Sequence record: DRR723986_13328 | Direction: 5' to 3' (one strand) | Length of the DNA: 20,000 bases | Shown: in pieces, positions 13,392-20,000 of the stretch | Layout of the letters: each line of letters starts with the position of its first letter | Position numbering within the stretch: the stretch's first letter is position 1 | Notes under the pieces: generated by a model | What the model saw: only the letters and a program-made list of their open reading frames with translations | The model's database searches: none | What the model was told of the DNA's origin: nothing | Made by a program: the position numbers and the translations under genes

Positions 13392-16356
13392 AATCTTCAA
13401 TAATAGGAAAATAAAGTATTATTTCAGTACCTTTTGATTCTCCTTTTGAGTTTTTTAAGTTATTAGTTTCTACTTGAATATCTAAATCATTCAATAAATT
13501 TAAGATGTCTATTCTTTGATTGGTGATATCAATTCCTCTTGACTTATGAGTGCGTTTATTGGCGGTTTTTGTCGCCAATGATTTTTCATATCCAATTCCG
13601 TTATCTTGAATTCTCAATACTACTTGGGTTTCAGTTTTTGATACATTAATTTTCAAAGAACCCTTTCTGTTTTTCAAAGGTTTGATGCCATGTTTAATCG
13701 CATTCTCTATAAACGTGTGGGTGACCATTGAAGGGATAAACAAGGTTTCGGTATTAACGTTTTCATCCACTGTTAACTCAAACTCAAAAGGCTCATCAAA
13801 CTGAAGCCCTTCCAATGGAACATAAATTTTAAACATGTCTAAATCTTCCTTTAAAGAGATCAGTCTTTTTTGGGCATGTTCTAGAATAATTCGGAGTAAG
13901 CGTGAAAATTGAGATAAATATTCATTGGCACGTTCCGATTCACCCAATAAGTAAAGAGATTGTATTGAACTTAAGCAATTAAATACAAAATGCGGATTCA
14001 TTTGCGATTGCAAGGCCCTTAACTCAAGACTCTTTAACTCTCCAGACATTTTCTTAATTTGAGCGCGACCATAACGTCTTCCTCGCCAAATGGAAAAAAT
14101 GATAAAAAATATCAGAGCAGTCGTAGCAAAAACTAAGGTATGTTTGAAACTATCTTTCTCCCAGAAATGGACTTCTACTTCAAAATCAATGGTCGCTTCT
14201 GCCTCTGTACCTACTTGTTTAATTCTCAATTTATAATTCCCTAAAGGCAGTTCTGAAAAAGTCATTAATCGAGATTTACCAACGTCAAACCAACGCTCAT
14301 CCAAACCTTCAATTTTATACAAGTATCGTAAATGTTGGGTTTGATAAAAATTAGGATGTGAAAACTCAAATTGTATTTGATTCTGATCCGGCCCAACAAC
14401 TATAGGCTCATCAATTGAAACTCTTTTATTGTCAATTAAAACATTGTCAATTACAATCTTATTTTCATTAGTAAGGCCTTTTATTTTCATTGGGTCAACA
14501 CAGGCCGGTCCAGATATCATTGAGAACCAAATTTTCCCATCATATGATTTAAATCCTTTGTTTTGAGTTCTTGAGTTTCCTTCTGAATTTGCTAAACCAT
14601 CTGCCGAGGTATAATGTTGGCTAGAAAAACCAGGGCTTTGATTGTTGACATAAGCAATTAGTTCCTTTCTACTAACTCGGTAAATTCCCTGATTGCTGTT
14701 CATCCAAAAATAACCCATGTCATCCTCTATGATACACCAAACGTTTTTATTTAGACGACCATCATTTGTAGGTAATTGAACCAAACCAAATCCATCAAAA
14801 AAACAAAGCCCATATTGAGATGTGCCAATCCAATAGTTGCGATCTTCATCTTGATATATTGACCTAATATCATCTGTAGGCAAGCCTTTTTCCCTTGTGA
14901 AAATTTGATTGATTTGGTTTTCTTTGAAATGAACTATCCCCTCGTTTGTACAAGCTAGAATATGATGGTCTCTATCCTCATAGAAGGAAAATATTTTACC
15001 TAAAGATTTACTTCCTTCTATTAAATGAAATTCGTCATTTTCTAATAAGAAAGTGCCCTCATTTGTGCCTAAATAAACCTGACCTGAGGCTGATGTGAAA
15101 AGTGAAAATGTTATTTTTCCATTTACGTCATCAGAAAAAGGTAAAAATTGGACACGGTTTGTCTTGCGATTTAATTTATGGACTCCTGTATTATCTCCTC
15201 CCAACCATAGATTTCCAAATTTGTCTTCAGTCATAGTCCAGAGACAAGTATTAGTTTGAACACTTTCAATTGAATTGTCCGGTTTAATACGAAGCATTTC
15301 ATCACATTTTTGATCGAACCAAATAATTGAATCTTGACTTTGGTAAACCATGAATCCCGATTTGTTATCCGTATGATAAACATCAACGGCATTGGAGAAA
15401 ATTTTAGGGTATAACATAAACAAACCTGTCGAATTTGTACCTATCCATATTACGCCTGATGAACTAATTGATATGTCCTCAATTCGCCCAAGATTTAAAT
15501 TAGTGTTATTCGAGAACGTTTGTTTTGTTCCATTGATGTAGATTACAATTTGATCTTGATAAGTTAAAACGGTCGTTTGGTTTTTATCATGATAAATGGA
15601 TTTAATATCTTTATTTTCTTGACCCTTGTACCAATCAAATTGTGTGTTTGGTTCAATTTCAACCAATGTTTCGTTCTCATAATTGTAATAGGAAGTATTA
15701 CTGCCGTTGTTTGAGCTAAAAATGCCATCATTTAAAGATTTCAACTTGTTTTTATAAAATTTAAAATCTAATCGGTTTTCTTTTATGGAAAACAGACTGT
15801 CATCACTTAATAACAATAATTCATCCTTGTAAGAAATTGGTTGATAAGGCCTGTTTTCAATGAGATTTAAGGATTTGACCCAAACGTTTTCTTCAAGACG
15901 ATATAAATTTTCCCCCGCAATTGCATAAATTCCGGAATTTGTGTTTTTAAATTGAACATTTCGTCCAATATCCTTAAGGTACAGCTGAGGTATGTTATTT
16001 TCAATCTTTATTATTTCATTCTCCGTAGCCACCCATATCGTTCCGCTGGAATCTTTGGCCATGTTTAGAATAAATGATGAGCTTAAGCCAGTGATATTAC
16101 TTTCGTCAAAAGTTCGAAATTCATATCCATCAAATCGAACCAACCCATTAAAAGTAGCTAACCATAAAAACCCCTCGTCACTTTCAATTATTTGACGGAT
16201 GTTGTTTTGGGGCAATCCGTTTTCAGTGGTCCACTGATATAAAGAATATTGATTACTAGGTGTTTCTACGCGTATAGGTAAATTCTGTCCTATTCCAATA
16301 TTATGAAAGAGATTTAGAATTGTGAATAACACCAAGAAACAGCGAGTTAATTTCAT
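13372..16356 (-). CDS. Sensor histidine kinase: periplasmic Reg_prop beta-propeller + Y_Y_Y domain + TM + LytS-type kinase core
   Basis: GLPQNNIRQIIESDEGFLWLATFNGLVRFDG repeats; YLYKIEGLDERW...LPLGNYKLRIK; TM; ALQSQMNPHFVFNCL (H box), ENAIKHG (N box), IQDNGIG (G1). Start at 16356 (MKLTR) or 16395. Confidence 0.95.
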   Translation of the reverse strand: MKLTRCFLVLFTILNLFHNIGIGQNLPIRVETPSNQYSLYQWTTENGLPQNNIRQIIESDEGFLWLATFNGLVRFDGYEFRTFDESNITGLSSSFILNMAKDSSGTIWVATENEIIKIENNIPQLYLKDIGRNVQFKNTNSGIYAIAGENLYRLEENVWVKSLNLIENRPYQPISYKDELLLLSDDSLFSIKENRLDFKFYKNKLKSLNDGIFSSNNGSNTSYYNYENETLVEIEPNTQFDWYKGQENKDIKSIYHDKNQTTVLTYQDQIVIYINGTKQTFSNNTNLNLGRIEDISISSSGVIWIGTNSTGLFMLYPKIFSNAVDVYHTDNKSGFMVYQSQDSIIWFDQKCDEMLRIKPDNSIESVQTNTCLWTMTEDKFGNLWLGGDNTGVHKLNRKTNRVQFLPFSDDVNGKITFSLFTSASGQVYLGTNEGTFLLENDEFHLIEGSKSLGKIFSFYEDRDHHILACTNEGIVHFKENQINQIFTREKGLPTDDIRSIYQDEDRNYWIGTSQYGLCFFDGFGLVQLPTNDGRLNKNVWCIIEDDMGYFWMNSNQGIYRVSRKELIAYVNNQSPGFSSQHYTSADGLANSEGNSRTQNKGFKSYDGKIWFSMISGPACVDPMKIKGLTNENKIVIDNVLIDNKRVSIDEPIVVGPDQNQIQFEFSHPNFYQTQHLRYLYKIEGLDERWFDVGKSRLMTFSELPLGNYKLRIKQVGTEAEATIDFEVEVHFWEKDSFKHTLVFATTALIFFIIFSIWRGRRYGRAQIKKMSGELKSLELRALQSQMNPHFVFNCLSSIQSLYLLGESERANEYLSQFSRLLRIILEHAQKRLISLKEDLDMFKIYVPLEGLQFDEPFEFELTVDENVNTETLFIPSMVTHTFIENAIKHGIKPLKNRKGSLKINVSKTETQVVLRIQDNGIGYEKSLATKTANKRTHKSRGIDITNQRIDILNLLNDLDIQVETNNLKNSKGESKGTEIILYFPIIEDYEDFNR

Positions 16357-16416
16357 TGCTTCTAAATTAAACTTTATTACCGATTTAAAAATCATTCAAT
16401 TGGAATAGTATTGACG

Positions 16417-16503
16417 CGCTTATGACAATTTTTAATCAGTTATCCGAAATTTTGGCCAGTTATTACTTCATTATACATGGTACTCAAAAGGGTTGTAATT
16501 TTG
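16417..16503 (+). promoter_or_regulatory. Putative LytTR-activated promoter: direct repeats CGCTTAT/CAGTTAT/CAGTTAT plus a -7 element
   Basis: Repeats at 16417, 16437 and 16457 (20-nt period); TAATTTTG at 16496-16503 with no consensus -33 box. Confidence 0.55.
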
Positions 16504-16598
16504 TGGCTGAAAACGCTACTAACTTATAAAAATTGACTCTTTATCACTCAATACTTCAGTGAGTTATGCCCGGATTGGGTGCTAACCTGTAAAATGTT

Positions 16599-16628
16599 GT
16601 TAATCGAGAAAAATTGTTCGTTAACCGA
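16599..16628 (+). promoter_or_regulatory. Second direct-repeat pair GTTAAYCGA (21-nt period), candidate LytTR site
   Basis: GTTAATCGA (16599-16607), 12 nt, GTTAACCGA (16620-16628): the 9+12+9 geometry of LytTR operators. Confidence 0.5.
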
Positions 16629-16694
16629 TTTTTTGTGATAGACTCAACTTCCTTTTTAGTTCTTAGCGCAAATTTTTTTAACAGAAATTAGAAT

Positions 16695-19600
16695 ATGATT
16701 AAGTTATTCAAGAAATTTAGAATGCTAAGCCTGGGTGCTTTATTGGCAATTCCACAATTTTCAAACGCCCAAGAAAGAATCCCAAATCTATCTGACCATG
16801 ATCATGTTATTGAAACATCAGGTCATAATCACGGTGGAGATCTAACGGAAGGCTATCGATTGTTCATGGACTTGGTTGAGCATAGTCCGAGTTTTAAGAA
16901 TAGCACAGAAGCCGCACGTTTCATTGAAAACAAAGGTCAATGGGACAATAATGTATTATTTAAGGCGAAGCTGATTGATGGTGCAATTTATTATGAGAAA
17001 AATAAAATCAAGTATCATTATTATGATGGAGCCGGATTATATGACGCTTTACATAGTGGTGAAACTCAGTATTCCGTTAAACAACATGTGGTTGAATTAG
17101 GTTTTGTTAACGCTAATCCAACTGTTGAAATTCGATCTGCTAAAACATTTGATCAACATCAGCAATCTTATTTCTATGGTGATAAATCAGCTGCGAACGT
17201 AAAATTCTTTCAAGAGATCACCTATACTAACCTTTATAACAATATTGATTTTGTTTATCATTCGTTTGATGATCATATTAAATATGACGTAAATGTTCAT
17301 CCTGGTGGAGATCCAAGTCAAATTGTAATGGATTATAAAGGTGCAGATCGAGTTTATTTACACGAAAATGGTGCTTTGGTAATTGAAACTTCTTTGGGTG
17401 GTATAGCTGAATTTGCGCCCTTTACTTATCAAATTATTAATGGAGAAAAAGTAGAAGTTGAGTCAAGTTTTAAACTGAACGGAACTACGGTTTCTTTCGA
17501 ATTCCCAAATGGATATGACAATTCAATTGACTTAATAATTGACCCGTCATTAATTGCATCAACTTATACTGGTTCAACCGCAGATAACTGGGGATTTACA
17601 GCGGCCCATACTGCTAGTGGGCAAATGGTGGTTGCCGGTGCTACAAGTGGGGCAGGTTACCCAACATCTGTTGGAGCATTTGATGCCACTTACAACGGAG
17701 GTACAAACGCAGCGGCTGGTGGTTTGGCATCTGATGTTACCATTTCAATTTTTTCGGCTGATGGAACAACACTAATAGCATCAACTTATCTCGGAGGATC
17801 AGATGATGAAACCGCTCATAGTCTTCAAGTAGACCAAACAACTGGTGACGTTTATATTATGGGTAAAACCCGTTCGGCAGATTTTCCAACTTCAGTGGGC
17901 GCTTTTGATGTAACTCACAATGGTGGAGGAGAAGATATTTTCATTACCAGAATGAATAGTTCTCTTTCAGCTATTACAGCCTCTACTTTTGTAGGAGGTA
18001 CTGGGGTAGATGGGGCAAATGTTAGTACAGCATTCGCAGGAACCGCAAACACAAAATTCTCTTATGGAGATGCACATAGAGGACAACTAGTTTTTGACTC
18101 AGCTGGTGATATTTATGTTGTTTCGTCTTCAAGATCTGGTGATTTCCCGACAACTGTTGGGGCATTTGACGGAACACTTGGAGGAGCTCAAGATGCCGTC
18201 GTTTTCAAAATGAATAACTTACTTACCACATTGTCATACTCAACTTTCTTAGGTGGAGCGAATGTTGATGCTGGTTTCGGAATGGTTGTTGACGCTTCAG
18301 GGAATGCATATATTACAGGTGCAACTGAGGGAGGATATCCGGCAACTGCAGGTACAATTGACGTTACTTATAATGGTGGTGTTGATGGATTTATTACAAT
18401 ACTTAATCCAACAGGTACTGCAAACGTGGCCTCAACTTATTTAGGAACTACTGCAAAAGATGGTGCATTTTATGTTGATCTTGATCAGGCAAATGAACCT
18501 GTTGTTTTTGGATTGTCATTAGGAGGAACCTATCCAGTTACTGGGGGTGTTTATTCAGATGCTGCATCAAGACAATTTATTCACGGATTAAATTCAACTT
18601 TAACAACAACTAACTTCAGTACTGTATACGGATCGGCCTCTGGTACTCCTAGTATCAACCCTACAGGATTTCAGGTTGATTCTTGCGGAAAAATTATCTG
18701 TGGTGGATGGGGACGTTCATTTGACGGTTCAACTTCTACCGGATTAGTAACTACAGCCGGTGCCTACCAAACTACAACAGATGGAACAGATTTCCACTTT
18801 GCCGTATTAGGACAAAATGCAACAAGTTTAGTGTATGCAACATTCTTTGGTGAAGCTGGTGGGGTTGGTGATCACGTAGATGGTGGATCTTCAACATTTG
18901 ATGAAAAAGGAATTATTTATCAAGCAGTTTGTGCTTCTTGTGGAGGATCAAACGGTTTCCCTTTAACAGCTGGGGCATTTTCAACAACAAATAACGCAGC
19001 GAACTGTAATAATGCTGTTTTCAAATTTGATTTAGATACTTACGCTCCAAATGCCGCCGGAATTGCCGCAGTTGGTGTTGGATGTTTAGGTTTCCCGGTT
19101 AATTTCACGAATACTTCTGGTGGAGCAACCTCATATCAATGGGATTTCGGTGATGGATCTCCCACTTCAACGGCAACTAATCCTACTCATACTTATACAG
19201 CAACTGGAACTTACACGGTACAATTAATCGCCTTCAATCCTACTGCATGTATTACTTCAGATACAACTTCTATTTCAATAACAATTGATCAACCAACGGT
19301 TACAGTTACAACGAATCCAGCAAGTGGAAATATTTGTGCGGGTGACCCTGCAACATTGACAGCTTCAGGTGCATTGACATACACTTGGACTCCAGGTGGG
19401 GCGGTAAATCCTTTAGTTGTTTCACCAGCAGTGACAACAACTTACCAAGTGATTGGAGCTGATGCCAATGGATGTGAAGATACCGTATTAACTACCATCA
19501 CAGTTGACCAGGCACCAACTGCAGCGAATGCTGGTCCTGATCAAACTGCTTGTGTTAATCCAGGAACAGCAACGTTAGCTGGAAATAACCCAGCAACAGG

Positions 19601-20000
19601 AACAGGAGCATGGACTGTGATAGCAGGTGGAGCTACAGTAACTACCCCTTCTGCATTTAACTCTGGTGTAACTGGATTAACTGTTGGAGTCAATACATTC
19701 CAATGGACAATCTCTAATGGTGCCTGTGCTTCATCTTCTGATCAAATTACCATCAATGTTGATGCTTTGCCAACCACTTCTAATGCCGGTCCTGATCAAA
19801 CACAATGTGAAACTGTTACAACAGCCACCTTAGCAGGTAATGTGCCAGCTTCTGGTACGGGTACATGGACAGTGATTGCAGGAGGTGGAACGGTAACGAC
19901 ACCAAATTCACCTACTTCTGGTGTAACAGGATTAACAACCGGAACGAATACTTTCCAATGGACAATTACAAACGGAACTTGTGCACCAAGCACAGATCAA
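16695..20000 (+). CDS. Large secreted/surface protein, 5' part (>=1102 aa; runs off the window; absent from ORF track): FIENKGQW-type N-domain + SBBP-like beta-propeller + PKD + Ig-like repeats
   Basis: Starts MIKLFKKFRMLSLGALLAIPQFSNA|QERIPNLSDHDH...RFIENKGQWDNNVLF. Later motifs: LIIDPSLIASTYTGSTADNWG, STYLGGSDDE, DFPTSVGAFD, YQWDFGDGSPTSTATNPTHTY, ANAGPDQTAC. The same frame holds at the window end (...TCAPSTDQ). Confidence 0.92.
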   Translation, partial: MIKLFKKFRMLSLGALLAIPQFSNAQERIPNLSDHDHVIETSGHNHGGDLTEGYRLFMDLVEHSPSFKNSTEAARFIENKGQWDNNVLFKAKLIDGAIYYEKNKIKYHYYDGAGLYDALHSGETQYSVKQHVVELGFVNANPTVEIRSAKTFDQHQQSYFYGDKSAANVKFFQEITYTNLYNNIDFVYHSFDDHIKYDVNVHPGGDPSQIVMDYKGADRVYLHENGALVIETSLGGIAEFAPFTYQIINGEKVEVESSFKLNGTTVSFEFPNGYDNSIDLIIDPSLIASTYTGSTADNWGFTAAHTASGQMVVAGATSGAGYPTSVGAFDATYNGGTNAAAGGLASDVTISIFSADGTTLIASTYLGGSDDETAHSLQVDQTTGDVYIMGKTRSADFPTSVGAFDVTHNGGGEDIFITRMNSSLSAITASTFVGGTGVDGANVSTAFAGTANTKFSYGDAHRGQLVFDSAGDIYVVSSSRSGDFPTTVGAFDGTLGGAQDAVVFKMNNLLTTLSYSTFLGGANVDAGFGMVVDASGNAYITGATEGGYPATAGTIDVTYNGGVDGFITILNPTGTANVASTYLGTTAKDGAFYVDLDQANEPVVFGLSLGGTYPVTGGVYSDAASRQFIHGLNSTLTTTNFSTVYGSASGTPSINPTGFQVDSCGKIICGGWGRSFDGSTSTGLVTTAGAYQTTTDGTDFHFAVLGQNATSLVYATFFGEAGGVGDHVDGGSSTFDEKGIIYQAVCASCGGSNGFPLTAGAFSTTNNAANCNNAVFKFDLDTYAPNAAGIAAVGVGCLGFPVNFTNTSGGATSYQWDFGDGSPTSTATNPTHTYTATGTYTVQLIAFNPTACITSDTTSISITIDQPTVTVTTNPASGNICAGDPATLTASGALTYTWTPGGAVNPLVVSPAVTTTYQVIGADANGCEDTVLTTITVDQAPTAANAGPDQTACVNPGTATLAGNNPATGTGAWTVIAGGATVTTPSAFNSGVTGLTVGVNTFQWTISNGACASSSDQITINVDALPTTSNAGPDQTQCETVTTATLAGNVPASGTGTWTVIAGGGTVTTPNSPTSGVTGLTTGTNTFQWTITNGTCAPSTDQ
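19527..20000 (+). repeat. Tandem 255-nt (85-aa) Ig-like repeats NAGPDQT-x-C...ATLAGN-x-P...GTG-x-WTVIAGG-x-TVTTP...SGVTGLT-x-G-x-NTFQWTI-x-NG-x-C
   Basis: AATGCTGGTCCTGATCAAAC at 19527 and AATGCCGGTCCTGATCAAAC at 19782; the second copy is cut by the window edge. Confidence 0.9.

Noticed and set aside
13177-16195. Plus-strand ORFs 13177-13437 and 15992-16195
   Set aside because: Antisense shadows of the two-component genes.
17554-19993. ORFs 17554-17775 (+), 18253-18444 (+) and 19796-19993 (-)
   Set aside because: Alternative-frame or antisense artefacts inside the long 16695 ORF.

Overview
AT-rich chromosomal window from a Bacteroidota member, probably Flavobacteriales. This is inferred from T9SS type A and B C-terminal domains, TAnnTTTG housekeeping promoters and CarboxypepD-TBDR architecture. 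Gene order: rhodanese (3' end), two small hypothetical genes, a T9SS type A protein, then a GIN-domain lipoprotein, ECF sigma, FecR anti-sigma and an STN/CarboxypepD/Gly-repeat outer-membrane protein. An oppositely oriented LamG/PKD T9SS type B protein follows, then a TonB-dependent receptor and a second Gly-repeat outer-membrane protein. The window ends with a beta-propeller LytS-type kinase/LytTR pair, divergent from a >1100-aa surface protein (16695 to beyond the window) that the ORF track missed. Main finding 1: an exact bipartite motif TAGGGGTA-N13-TTGTCAT lies upstream of three genes and probably defines the regulon of the local ECF sigma. Main finding 2: the cell-surface-signalling module is atypical, because the STN domain sits on a repeat protein with a small predicted barrel, while the co-regulated TonB receptor lacks STN. 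No RNA genes, CRISPR arrays or mobile elements were seen.
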